From NCBI GenBank assembly GCA_051294375.1, contig CM119264.1, positions 18,755,581 to 18,819,580 on the forward strand: a stretch of DNA of 64,000 nt. Reading direction: 5' to 3'. Below, one piece after another: positions 1-12,502 of this stretch. Position 1 is the first letter of the stretch; each line of letters begins with the position of its first letter. A program made the position numbers and the translations under genes. Origin of the DNA: Paraspadella gotoi. Taxonomy: Eukaryota > Animalia > Chaetognatha. Under the pieces are notes generated by a model, which was not told the DNA's origin, did no database searches, and saw only the letters and a list, made by a program, of their open reading frames with translations.

Positions 1-2449
1 AAACTCGATCTGGAGATTGAGACGAAATCCGCCCACATCTAAACAGCTATCCAACGATCTTTCTGTTCGAATCTCTTTTTCGCTAGATTTATTTCCATCT
101 CTAATTCTTCTTTTTTCTATTTCTCTCTTTTGTCTAGCTTAACTACTATTTTTTCTTTTCTTTTCTCTCATCCAAAACTTTTTTTGCTTCTTTTGTTTCT
201 TGTTTATTTTCTCTCTATTTCACCATTAGCCTTACTTGTTTAAGATCTTTTATCAAAATATCTCTTTCTACTTTTGAATATTTTTCGACTATCTTTTTTT
301 CGATCTCGCATTGCTTATCTCTCCTCGCTCTGCATTTTCTATTCAAGAGAGAACCCTATAACTTATACATGACTCCTTGAATATCAATCATGTCGGTCAA
401 GGTTCATTTCATATTGTCTAATGTCTATACAACTGCAAACTAAAACGCAAATATAATGTGGCAAACTGGCAACATATTTACTTTAACAAGATTTTATCAC
501 AAATAAAGTAAGTTCAAATGAGATTGCTTACAACAATATTAAAATTGCTGTTAAATTGCTAACCAGGTACTATTAAATTACATTTATTCTATCTTTATTC
601 ATTATACATACAGATAAAATTCTCTTCTTTCTTTCTTGTCTATTCTCAATTTCTCCCTCTCTCTTTCCTCTATTTCTCTCTCCTCTTCATCTCTCTCCTA
701 TTCTCTCTCTCCTCTCTCTCTCTCGTCTCTCCTCTCTCTCTCTCTTCTCTCTCTCATCTCTCGTCTCCTCTCTCATCCTCTCTCANNNNNNNNNNNNNNN
801 NNNNNNNNNNTCTCTCCCCGTATCCAGACCGAGTCCCTCTCCCTGAAAGTAGCCTCGTACTATGACAAAATTAATCCATCAGCATCGGAAAATGATCCTC
901 GTCATCGGGAAGGACCCAGGTCGTGGGAAGGTTTCCTTGAATTATTGATCATAATCGACTTTGGCAGCGAAAGGCAGAGAAAGGCGCAACCAACGAAGCA
1001 TCTGTGCGAGAAGAAAATGGAAACAGAAAAGAAAAAAAAAGAAAATCAGTGAAGCCCAAAGCCTCGTTGAATTGAAAAGGAGAAATCCTCACAAAAACGA
1101 GGGATGAATTGAAATTCTAAGGACAGTCTTGAAGCAAAGTCACAAGGAAAAGCGTCATATCTAATTTCGACTCATAACGAGGCTCCTGATTTTTTTTGAG
1201 ATAAATAAAAATACTCGGACAAAGCTTAACCACTGCGACAAGTAAAACGGTAGTAAAGTCGCTAATCAACTGCTATCATATTTTTAATTTTAAAATAGAA
1301 GAATAAAGAAAATTATAACGTGAGTGTCCTCAATCGCATTCCGTTTCCTTTTCCTCTTTTGGAATTAGTAATGGCAGATGGCGTTGACGTTTCAATTTCC
1401 CACCATTTTCCTCGTTGTGGCCGAAAAGAAGCCATTTTCCCTTCTCCTCCTTTCGGCCATTTCCACTTTAATTAAGGCCAAGAAGTTCTTACTCTTCCCG
1501 TTTGGAGGGAAGAGTCGGGATTGATGTGTGGTTGTGCTTTTATATACATATTTATACATATTTATACTTATTTTTTAAAAAAAGGCTAAATGTAAAAAAA
1601 TTCACTTCAGAAAATATTTGATTTATCGTCTTTTAGTAATTTATTTTTTTTTTTTAATTCAGCGAAGAAGATCGTTCCAATGGTTTTGACATTTCTATTT
1701 GAAACATTTTTCATCCCTCTCCATGAGTGCCTTTCGGTAACTCTCTCTCTATCTCATCTCTTCTCATCATCTCTCTCTCTCTCTCTCTCTCTCTTAGCAC
1801 TCCTTTGTGGTGTGTATTCTGTAAGTCTGGTATCCGGCTCTCGTAAATAAACAGTTTGAGCAAAACAATGTCGGATCTGCCCACCTATATATTTAGGCGG
1901 TAAGCAGCTAATCAGATGAAATTAATTATAAGAAATCTTTGTTAATTTATTTTATTTTAATATTTATATAAAAATTGGTATTTGTTGAAATTGAAATTGA
2001 TATTTTACAACTTATGATCTTTTATTTCAGTATGATCCTTAATTGTTTGAATTTTATTTTAGAAAAAAAAAAAAAAATTTTATTTCAGTATTATGTTGTT
2101 GTCTTGTCAGTTTCAATATTATTGCCATTTTACCTTTTGTTTCTTCCGCTTCTTACTTTAATTCTTCCTTTCTTTTATTTATTCATTTATTTAGGCAATG
2201 ATAGGATATTAGGATTTATCGATGCATATGATAACGATTTATTGATCAGAATAATAATGGAATGCAAGTGAGAGAGAGAGATATATTACAAATCATATAA
2301 CAGATTTTGTAATAAATCATTTAAAGAATCTATCAATCAATGCTTCATTCAACTAATCAATCAGAGCAATAAATCATTTTAACTCAGAGAGAGAGAGAAA
2401 GAACTTTAATAAAACTTTTAATACTTTAATTTAAAAATTTTCATAAAAT

Positions 2450-4750
2450 ATTTTTTTTCATTTAAACTTTTTCCACTTGCACGATTCCATCGAAACTTTA
2501 TATCTCGCTCAATCATACACTTTCCTACCACACACGTAATTTCATCTCAATCCATCTATCCAATTATGAATAATTGAAATAATATGAGTAAATAAAGTGA
2601 AAGAATTCAAGTAAATATGACTTTTTGTTTATTTCATTAAACTCATTTCCAATCACACTTCCTCAAAACTTGTATATCCAATAATCATTTATTTCACTAC
2701 AATATAAAGTTACATAAACCCAATGAACTAAATTCAAAAAGTTAACATTAAAAATCGATTTGAGTAGTAAAAGCGAAAAAAAATTTTTTTAAAAGAGAAC
2801 TAGAGTTTATAAAAAAGTGTTTTCAATTTTGGCACGGCCTTACTATAATATTAGGACGAACAGGTGAAAAACTGAAAAGTTTTTAAAAATTTTGCTTATC
2901 AAATTGTTTTTTTAATAGATTCTGATAGAGCTGAAAAGTAAGATAAAGGTTATTAATACAACTTTTTAAAATTTTTTTGTTTTATTAATAAAAAATTTAA
3001 AAATAAATAATTCGAGCCAATAATGAATGAAATGATGATGGATTTTTTAAGTTTTTTTCTATTTTTTAACGCAATTAATTGTAAAAATATTGAAAAAAAA
3101 TGTGTCTACTTTCATTTAACTTTTAAGCTCTAACAAGAACCAAGAGATTTATAAAAAAATCCATTTTTAAAATTCTTTTTTTGTCATTTGTTATATAATT
3201 AAAATATTTTAAAAGCTTCATGCTGCAACAACTCCAATCTTTCGGATTCAAGTAAATGTGACTCATATTTTTCATTTAAACTCCTTTCCCCTACATTATC
3301 CACCAAACTATTTATCGCATCGTTACCATTTTTCTACCCACACAAAAAATTTGCTCAATCTATCCATACCAAATTAAAATGATTAAATTAGAGTACTTAT
3401 TGGTTAAAATAAGTTAAAAATAATTTAAAGTAAATGCTACTTATGTTTTTTCAATTTATCGTCATTTCCACTCAATGATTCCGTCGAAACTTTATATCCA
3501 GCTTTATCACACACCTTTCCTACCAGCCAATCACGAGTTATTGGATGCTTTTTGCTAAGGTGGACGCATGGACGGATTGATTGAACTGTATTAATTAATT
3601 ATTGGATTAAGTTAAATTGACTAATTGAATATAAGTTAGAACTGATTAATTATATTGATTTTATTAATACATCCTGCATATACATTTTTAATATAAAAGG
3701 AAAAGAATCAAATCAATTAGTGAACAGGTTTTTTGTTTTTTTTTCCATTTTAAACTCATTTCCACTGCAAAAGATTCACTCGAAACTTGGTTTGCTGCTG
3801 TTCAAGATCACACACTTTTCTACTCCACATACAAAAATTCCAGTCAATCGATAATTAAGTGGTAATAAGACTAAATTGGTCAACTTGCAATAATCTAATC
3901 AACTTGCATAATGTGTGATCAACTGAATAATTTGGTTAAACTGACCATAATTTGTCTACTGACATAAATTGGTCAACTGACATAATTTGGTCAACTGACA
4001 TAATTTGAATCAATTAAGATAATTGGTCAACCGGCATAATTTGGATCAAACTAGAGCATAAATTTTTATCAACTGTCCGAATTATGGTCAACTGGCATAA
4101 TGTTGGTCAACAGGCATAATTTGGTCACTTGCAGAACTTGAATCAAGACTTGCAGGAATTTTGTCAACTGGCATAATTTGGTCAACTTTAAGAAATTGGT
4201 CAACTGGCCAATAATTTTTGTTTAGATTGGTATAATTTGGTCAATTCAATCATGCAATCAATCAATCAATCAATCAATCAAATCAATCAATCAATCATCA
4301 TCAATCAGAGAGAGATAGAGAGAGAGAAACTGTTAAAAATTTAAATAAATGTGTCTTTTTGGTTTTCTAATTTGAACTCTTTTCCACTCCTAACGATTCG
4401 ACATCAAGAATTTATATCCAGCTTTATCACTTGACTTTCCACCCACAACACAAAATTCAATTTCGATTTATCTATCCAATTTTTAATAAACATAATAATT
4501 ATGAGTAAAATTTAAGTAAAAATACTTCAAGTAAAATATGACTTTTGTTTTTTCCATTTAACTCAATTTCCATCTCGCACAAATTCCATCAAAGACTTTA
4601 TATCCAGCTCAAATCACACACTTTCTACCATCATACAAAATTTCAAGTCAGTTTGCCCTACTTCACTCATGAGCAATTGGCGTTCAAATAGTGAAATAAT
4701 TTTTTTTTTGTTGTTTTCCATTTTAATAATTCAACCAATTCCACTGGCTG
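2450..4750. repeat. Dispersed/tandem ~180-bp central repeats inside the HINE-like element
   Basis: The motif tttcatttaaactcatttcc...attccatc(g/a)aaactttatatccagct...cacactttcctacc...tcaagtaaatatgact recurs near 2450, 2630, 3270, 3450, 3745, 4365 and 4550, and also at 6180 and 6360. Confidence 0.75.
3870..4245. repeat. 18-bp minisatellite (AATTTGGTCAACTGGCAT)n followed by (AATC)n
   Basis: About 20 degenerate units seen directly; (AATC)n at 4248-4305. Confidence 0.85.
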
Positions 4751-4865
4751 CACTTATTCTCAGACATCATAATATCCTGACTCGAGTCACATACTAGTTT
4801 CACATGGACCGCGAAGCATACTCTGTGATTGTGGCTGTCCCATACTGTAGGGCCCATGATATTCA

Positions 4866-5148
4866 AGTCAGACATCGGATTATGTAAATTAGCAAAAAAA
4901 GATGTCCGTCCGTCCGTCCGTTCGTCCGTCCGTTCCGTAGCCCACCTTAGCAAAAAACTCCAATTAAGTTCGTGATTGGAGTGGAAGGATTTGAGGTCAA
5001 AGATTGTCATCCAAATCCTTCCCATCCCAATCACAGATAATTGGAGTTTTTTTGCTAAGGTGGGACGGACGACGGACGGACGGAAGGACGGAGCGGAACA
5101 TCGATTTTTTTTTTGGCATAAATTTATCATAATTCGATGTTTCTGACA
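4866..5148. repeat. Internal inverted repeat (~100-bp arms including GTCC/GGAC tracts)
   Basis: cccaccttagcaaaaaactccaatta (4941-4966) is mirrored at 5038-5064, and the similarity extends outwards to tcagacatcg / cgatgtttctgac. Confidence 0.75.
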
Positions 5149-5269
5149 TGATATATTAGTGTGGGTGCCCGACAATTTATTGAGGGGGGGGACGACGGAC
5201 CGACGAAAGTGATTATAGAGTCGGGATCTGCTGATAAGCAGATCCGACTAAAAAATCAAGCCTCACCTT

Positions 5270-5465
5270 CCCGCATAGATTTAGATTAGAAAAAATAAAT
5301 TTAACTTTGTGACCAGAGTGGCGCCCACTGACCGTCACACATCCGCTTAGAGAAACTCTGTGTCAGTGGGGCGCCACTCTGTGTCACAAAGTTAAAATTT
5401 ATTCTTTTTTTGTATCTAAAATATGGGATGTGTGACGGTCAGTGGGACGCCACTCCGTGTCACAT
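5270..5465. mobile_element. Small foldback/MITE-like inverted repeat
   Basis: aaatttaactttgtgaccagagtggcgcccactgac is mirrored by gtcagtggggcgccactctgtgtcacaaagttaaaattt, with a third inverted copy at 5429-5464. Truncated by a gap. Confidence 0.6.
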
Positions 5466-5564
5466 AACAGTATTTTGAGCTTAATCCCCATATTTAACCC
5501 CGCACNNNNNNNNNNNNNNNNNNNNNNNNNTGTAAAGCGTATCTGTATCGCTCTCGTTTAAATA

Positions 5565-6678
5565 AACAAGTTTGAGCAAACAAATGTCGGATCTGCCCAC
5601 CATAATTTAGGCGTAAGCAGCCTAATCAGAGATAATTTTATAAGAAATCTTTTGTAATTTGTAATTTTATTTTAAATATTTATATAAAATTGGTATTTTG
5701 TTGAAATTGAAATTGATATTTTACAACTTATTGATCTTTTTATTTCAGTATGATCCTTAATTGTTTGAATTTTATTTTAGAAAAAAAAAAAATTTTATTT
5801 TTTCAGTATTATGTGTTTTCTTGTCAGTTTCAATATTATTGCCATTTTACCTTTTGTTTCTTCCGTTCTTCTTACTTTAATTCTTCCTTTCTTTTATTTA
5901 TTCATTTATTTAGGCAATGTAGTGATATTAGGATTTATCGAGTGCAATGATAACGATTTATTGACGACTGAGATAATAATGGAATTGAAGTGAGAGAGAG
6001 AGATATATTACAAATCATAACAGATTTTGTTAATAAATCATTTAAAGAATCTATCAATCAATCTTTCAGTCAACTAATCAATCAGGCAATAAATCATTTT
6101 TAACTCAGAGAGAGAGAGAAAGAAACTTTAATAAAACTTTTAATTTAATCTTTAATTTAAAAATTTTCATAAAATATTATTTTTTCATTTAAACTTTTTC
6201 CACTTGCACGATTCCATCGAAACTTTATATCTCGCCTCAATCATACACTTTCCTACCCACACACGTAATTTCATCTCAATCCATCTATCCAATTATGAAT
6301 AATTGGAATAAATATGAGTAAATAAAGTGAAAGAATTCAAGTAAATATGACTTTTGTTTATTTCATTTAAACTCATTTCCTCTCACACAATTCCATCAAA
6401 ACTTGATATCCAGCTCAATCGCCCCCTTTCCCACCCTCACAAAAAATTTCAACCCAATCCATCCATCTAACCATGAGTAATTGGAATTTAATGCAAAGGG
6501 GGGACGGACTAACGGACAGATGGACGGACTAACGGACAGATGGACGGACGGACGAANNNNNNNNNNTTTTCATAATTTATCATAAATTGACCGACATGAT
6601 TGTGGAGGTGAACCGACAAAGTGGATTATAGAGTCGGAATCTGCTGATAAGCAGAACCGCGTTTGTCACGCTAAAAAA
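5565..6678 (-). mobile_element. DINE-1/HINE-like element, short copy (contains a 10-N gap)
   Basis: AACAAGTTTGAGCAAAC at 5565, subTIR at 5586-5596, (GGAC)n at 6502-6556, terminal hairpin at 6632-6660. Confidence 0.68.
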
Positions 6679-8859
6679 TCTAAGGACTGGATAGTGGATA
6701 AGCCATTTTATTTTTATCGGTCATTTTATAAATCGTGTTTAATCTGTTTATTCAAATAAATTAGGCCATTGAAAGTTGGTTAAAAATATACAACTGCAAA
6801 CTTATAATCTAGTATGTACATTGTACATTGTATAAATTATACATAGATATCAAGATCTGTTTATACTATGCTTTTTTAAATTTAAAAAGTAGTGTACGTT
6901 TTTCACGACATTCCTAAAAATTGGTTTTACTTTTTTGCTGATCCCGACAAAACAAAACCGAACGACTCTAACGACTCTAACGACGACGATGCCGACGACG
7001 ACGACGGCGGCGGCGGCGGCGGCGGCAACTTCGACGACAGCGACTCAAAGACGTAAACAATCGACGAGCTAAAGCAAAAGCTTTCACCTGCGGGAAAATC
7101 GAAGAAATATTTTTTTTCGGAAAATATAAAAAAAAGAACAAAACATAAGAAATACACGGATTTCAATTGGGATTGAAATGAAAGGATCGAATACTGTGGC
7201 AAAATTATCTGATATAGCGACTTCAGATTTTGCACCCTGCTAAAAGAATTGCTGACATTTTTTTATTTTTGCGCGCCGTCTTTTTCATGACCTGGCTTAT
7301 CGTGCCACTGCAGGGCAACGAGTAACATCGTCACGACAGCTGAACCTAAGTAACGCGTTTGTGATGGCAACGGCAAGCAGTACGTGTAAGATAAAAGGAC
7401 TCAACTTGACCGGAGATCACGGCCGCGCGTTGGCGTGGAGGCAAACGGATAGACGCGGATAGGGAATTGGGGAGCGAAGATTAAAAAAAAATATTTGGAG
7501 AGATCAAAAATATTGAGTAAGTGAAATAGTTATAGATATAGTCTATACTAGATAGTAAAAGTTATAATATATAATAATAATAATATAAGATAAAATATAA
7601 ATACATATATATATATAATAAGTAATATGGAATATACATAAGTGTATGATATGAATCATAAGTTGTTAGCTTTATTGAAGAAAGTTTTCATGTCGATACA
7701 ATGCAATACAATCGCATGTCATTTTCATAGGATATGCACATAGATAAGCGTTTCCACTCATCTTTGAAACTAGTCTGTATTTCAATATGAAAAAGAAATA
7801 GAAGTTAATATGTATGTTAAGATCACATCTCAACGCAAAAGATTTTATTTCTTCACGTCAGTTTACTAGAATAGTTTGTTTGCGTCTCGTCTTCTGTGTG
7901 TCTCTCTCTCCTGTCTCTCTCTCGTCTGGTCTCTCTCTGTGTGTGCTCTTTCTCTTCTGTCTTTAAGAGGTATTCGACACTGGGCGGAGCGGTGGGTAAT
8001 CAGTCTGTGTGTGTCTGTCATGATTATATATTTCACTATTTTTAAACATTTATTGATCGGCCATTTATTAATTTATTTAGTGCTCAATACAAAATCGCCA
8101 AAATAACGAATAAGCTTAGCTTGACCCTAGATGTTCCGGTGGTGTGATAATGTAAACAATGTCAAGGAAATATGACCTAATGGCACGGAAACCGTTACGT
8201 GTAGGTATAAGGAATCGAACATGACGACGAGAAGGCTATGGCTGCATTGACCGTACCCGGAGCCGTTGCGAGCAATGACGGAAAGAACCGAATAAACGGG
8301 AGAGGGTGACCGTAATAAGATAGGCGTCTCGTTGGTGGGAAAAACTCGTCTCGTCTCGTCTCTTTTACTCACTCTCTCTCGGACCTCGTCTTCGATACGT
8401 CTGCGGTCTTGTCTCTCTCTCGGTCTCTCAGGTCTCGTCTGCTTTTGTGACAAAACAGATTTTTTTATTCAGTTTGTTTGTTTGCTTTTCTTTTGTGAAT
8501 CGAGCAGGGTCGGCGGAACGTGCCGAGTGCCTTTAGATTTTGGGGGGAGCTCGCGCTGAGCGCCGAGGGCAGACCGAGGAGACGAGTTCAGGTCTCTCAT
8601 CTCTCATTTGTTAATTATATGGTCAGACGCTATCTCTCGTCGTCTTTTCCTCGGCGGTCGCTGGCTGCTTGATCTGATTCTTGATTTGTGAGACGGTAGT
8701 CGTGGCGTGCGTCGTGCGTCGGTGCGTCAGTTGGTCGGTGTACGTCGTCGTTTTGTGTCGCGTCGGCATCGACACTTGTGTGTATGCTTGGCCAACCTGC
8801 CATAGCGTTTGTTTCAGACTGTACATATACTTTTTTGTAACTTGCATCAAGTTTTTTAA

Positions 8860-10075
8860 GGATTGTATTTTGTCAACTATATAAGTTTTTTTTCATCTTG
8901 CAATATATTTTTCAACTTTGCATAATTTGTTAATTGTGGGCATAAATGTTTTTAAGATTGTAGTGTAATTTTTTTCAACTGCATAATTTTTGTTTTCAAG
9001 CTGCATAATTTTTTCAACATTTTATAATTTTTTTCATCTTGCCTATTTTTTCACATTGCTAGATTTTATTGTAAGTTTGGCATAATTCTTGTTAATGTAT
9101 AATTTTTGTCAACTTTGCATAATTTTTTCACATTGCATAATTTTTCAACTTGGTATAAGATATTTTTTACTTGGCATAATTTTTTTAATTGCAATATTTT
9201 TAGTTAAATTGCAGGGTCATATTTTTCAACTTGTGCAGTGAAGTTTTTGCAACTTGTATAATTTGTTTCCAACTTGCATAATTTTTCTCAACTTGTATAG
9301 ATGTTGTTTTAAACCTTGCATAATGTTCAATCCATGCGATAATTTTTTTAACTTGCATGAATTGTTTTTTCAAAATTGCATAAGTTTTGTCAAACTTGTA
9401 TAATTTTTTAACATTGCATGAATTATTTATTTTGCATAGATTTTATTTTGCATAACTTTTTTAAATTGCTAACTTATTCACTTGCATAATTTTTTCACGC
9501 ATAATTTTTTTAAACTTGTATAATTTTTTAAACTTTGCCAGTAATTTTTTAATTTGCATAATTTTTTAGATTTTAGCGATAACTTGTTTGTAAAGAATTG
9601 CATAATTTTTTGCAACTTGACATATTGCGATGTTTACTTAGGCCATAATTATTGTTAAACTTGATATAGAAGATTGTGTTTTTAACTTGCATAATTTTTC
9701 AGAGTTTGTCATAATTGTTTTCGAACATTGGCTTATGTTTTTAACTTGCATAAATTTTTTTTAACTTACATAATTTTTTCAAACTTGCAGATAATTTTTT
9801 TCAAGACTTGCCAGTAAATTTTGTTCACTTGATCAGTTTTTTCAGACTTCGGGCATCATTCTCCTGTTCAACTTGGCAGAGGCTGAATTTTTTCAAACGG
9901 TCCTGCAACCACCTTTTTTAACTGCAATAATTTTGTGTTTAAGCTTGCATAATTTTTTGCAATTTGCAGATAATTTTTTAAACTTAGCATATAATTTTTG
10001 TCAATTTGTTATAATTTTTTTAAACTTAGCATAATTTTTTAAAAACTTGCATGAATTCTTTTTTCGAATCTTGCA
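8860..10075. repeat. ~18-bp minisatellite (AATTTTTTCAACTTGCAT)n, error-rich, related to the 3870-4245 array
   Basis: Repeated caacttgcataattttt core over 1.2 kb. Confidence 0.85.
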
Positions 10076-10159
10076 GAAGTTAGATTGAGTAGTAGCTTTT
10101 CATTATTATTCCTTATGGATACTATAGGTTCTGGCGGAGATCACTATACTTTTTAAGAA

Positions 10160-11300
10160 TTTTTTTTTTTTCATGTTCCTTGTTCTTACTTTAATGGTAA
10201 TTAGCCGTAGGGCAGCGTTTACTGACGAGTGTTCTCTCTTTTCCTTGTCTTATGCGATGTTATTTTTTCCGCTTATTGTGTCACTTATGTTGCACCATGC
10301 ACTGATGTTTCGACGAGTGCGAGAAGAGTGCGATCGCACAGAAGGCAGGTTGGGTCATGTGAGTGCACACTCCGTATGGAGGCTTGTGTTTCACAGTCCG
10401 TCAGCCTAAGCATTCTCTGGCTTGTGATCTGTAAGTTCGAGCCATTGTTTAATAGGCATCCTGAGCAGAATCTGCGTCCTCTGTTCGCACTTGCTAACGT
10501 CTTTTCAGGAGGCATGTGAGACGGCGAAGATTGTAGCAGCTTAAAGCATGGCTTTGGTCAATTCTGAAGTCGGTTGATCTGAATATATAGACACTAGGCA
10601 CTGTAAATTGATATTAGAAACGGCAATGCATGCATGTAAGAGTGGTTTCGATGAAGTGACAGTTCGACTGTTCTGAGGGAGATACGAGCGACCAATGTAA
10701 GACGCCTATGCATGCTTGATTTAGAATACAATTTTGATAACGATTATAAAATGTATGTGTATGTGAAGTGACTTTGTTCTTGTAACATTAGCCGTTATCT
10801 CCATTCAGACCATATCATCGCGTTGTTGCTTATTTGAAAAAGCTAGTCTTTTTTCTTTTTCTGCGGCGTCTCAGTTTTCTTGTAACGAACAGACATATAC
10901 CGTTTTGCTTCCATTAGTTTTTTTTTAGCGGGCTTTCGCTCTTGTCTTCCCACGGCGGCAATCAGGCTATTCTTCGTCGCTATTTGGGAGGGCCAATCAT
11001 TTTTCTTGGTGGTCGGTAAGAGACAACGAGGCAATAAACGCCTCCTCTGCTTTTGACCATTGATGCCAGGAGGCTTAAAATCTCTCCTGGCTAATTATCG
11101 TCATTGAGTATTTGTATAACTCTTTAACTTAAAAGTATATATGCAAAAAGAAAGTTTAGCTAGTGCAGTATGATAACTTATTATTGAAGCTGTTCGGAGA
11201 TCATAATGTGAGAATTATCATAAGGCCGTCGTCAAACGCGTCACTTATCAATGTTCCCCATGCGATCTCGTAAAATCCGCAATTAATTGCTATTATGTTT
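10160..11300 (-). mobile_element. Possible degraded non-LTR (LINE, RTE-like) retrotransposon 3' fragment
   Basis: Corrupted minus-strand motifs in reverse-transcriptase order: DLTxAYD-like at ~11225, GxRQ...SP...LME at ~10950, (Y)ADDMV at ~10815, QFxYLGS-like at ~10600, PTCLLC at ~10330, then poly(A) at 10160-10171. Most need indel correction. Confidence 0.35.
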
Positions 11301-12329
11301 GTCTCCGGACTCATATGCTCCACCGTCTGAACTACTGCAGCCAAAGTTACCTTATGCAGGTTCTATCTCGCGCACTTGCGTTATGAGGTTCCCGTTCGTC
11401 AGCGGTTCATCTCAAAGCGTCCGAAGATGACCAAATACTCAGGGGTTGATATTTTCATATCTGCTTACGTGCTGCGTTAATCAGAATGGCTTTTGCGCTT
11501 CACACTTCACACAGAAGGGTGTTTTTTTATAGATATTCTCATACGGGCCGATGTTAGAAGTAGATCCTAATCATTTAAGATGAGGATTATTTGAAAGGAA
11601 AACTTTCTTTGCCCACGAATGACGACTTTAAAACTTTCATGATGCGTCATCTCGCGGGGGGACGCCGCTCCAGTCTCTCCAATCAGTGTAAAAAGCGATG
11701 AATAGCGTTCTCAGAAACAGGACCGATTGTAAGCTTAAGACTAAGGATATGGTGCTGTCTTTTCGGACAGAAGTTTGATTTCGCCCTAGAGCCCGTCCTT
11801 TGTAGCAAGTACGAGTCCATCTGTAAATCCCTCACGACTCACTATCTCATCTCTTCATCTCGTCTCTTCATCGTCTCCTCTCAGTCTCTCTCTCTCTCTC
11901 TCGGCTCTGTCTCCTCTCTGTCTCTCTCTCATCGCGTCCTCGTACGCCTCACTTGAAGTGCGCACGGTCCCACTTCATAGTGCCTTTTTTTTTCGTCTCT
12001 CTGTGCCTCAAAAAGCAAGAGTCATCCGATAGTAAAACGACAACCGGTTAAAATAGGAGCACCGAAAAGAATAGGAAAAGATGCTAAATGGGAAAAAGAG
12101 AAGGGGAGGCAGAAACAAGAGATAGATTTAAGGAGAAAAAAAGGAAGGAGAGAGAGGAGAGAGAGAGAGAGAGAGAGGAGAGAGAGGAGAGAGGATAGAG
12201 AGAGAGATGAGAGGAGAGAGAAGAGAGAGAGAGAGAGAATAATGGAGAAGAGAAACAACAAGTGCAAACCAAATTAGCGCGGGACAACAGGAAGTAAACT
12301 GAACTTTACCCCTATCGCCTGAAAGAGTG

Positions 12330-12502
12330 TGAACTTGACCTCCTCGCGTGCAGGTGACCTCTCGGTTTGAAAAGGGTAGGGGTCAATGTGACGTTTTGGG
12401 TCGATCTCGTTTGCGCTGACCATTGTTGACCCTGACGCCGCGAGAAGCAACGAAGGGTCGACTCGAGCATTAACAAAGTCGTTTCAATAGATGGACGTCA
12501 CT
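12330..12502 (-). CDS. Candidate IgSF exon 8 (Ig3 E-G strands), error-disrupted
   Basis: Long polypyrimidine tract ending ttttcacgccag| at 12503, then a GC-rich island with fragments such as MLESTLRCFS and RSTQNVTLTP. All three frames hit stops in raw-read-quality sequence, and the donor is uncertain. Confidence 0.35.

Larger units (their letters stand above)
1849..5255 (-). mobile_element. DINE-1/HINE-like non-autonomous Helentron derivative, long copy with internal satellite arrays
   Basis: On the minus strand the 5' end is TTTTT + hairpin AGTCGGATCTGCT-TATC-AGCAGATC(C)CGACT (5219-5249). It has a (GTCC)n microsatellite, a distal subterminal repeat GTCGGATCTGC (1870-1880), a short GTTTG-AG-CAAA stem-loop and a (C)TTGTT-like terminus in T-rich sequence. 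This is the DINE-1 layout. Confidence 0.7.

Noticed and set aside
828-920. Plus-strand exon-like segment (TESLSLKVASYYDKINP...) after a TC tract
   Set aside because: The donor is weak, the duplicate at ~13390 does not keep the frame or acceptor, and there is no recognisable motif.
7870-8860. GC-richer unique segment possibly an LTR or exon
   Set aside because: Raw-read quality, with no terminal repeats, PBS/PPT or interpretable peptide.
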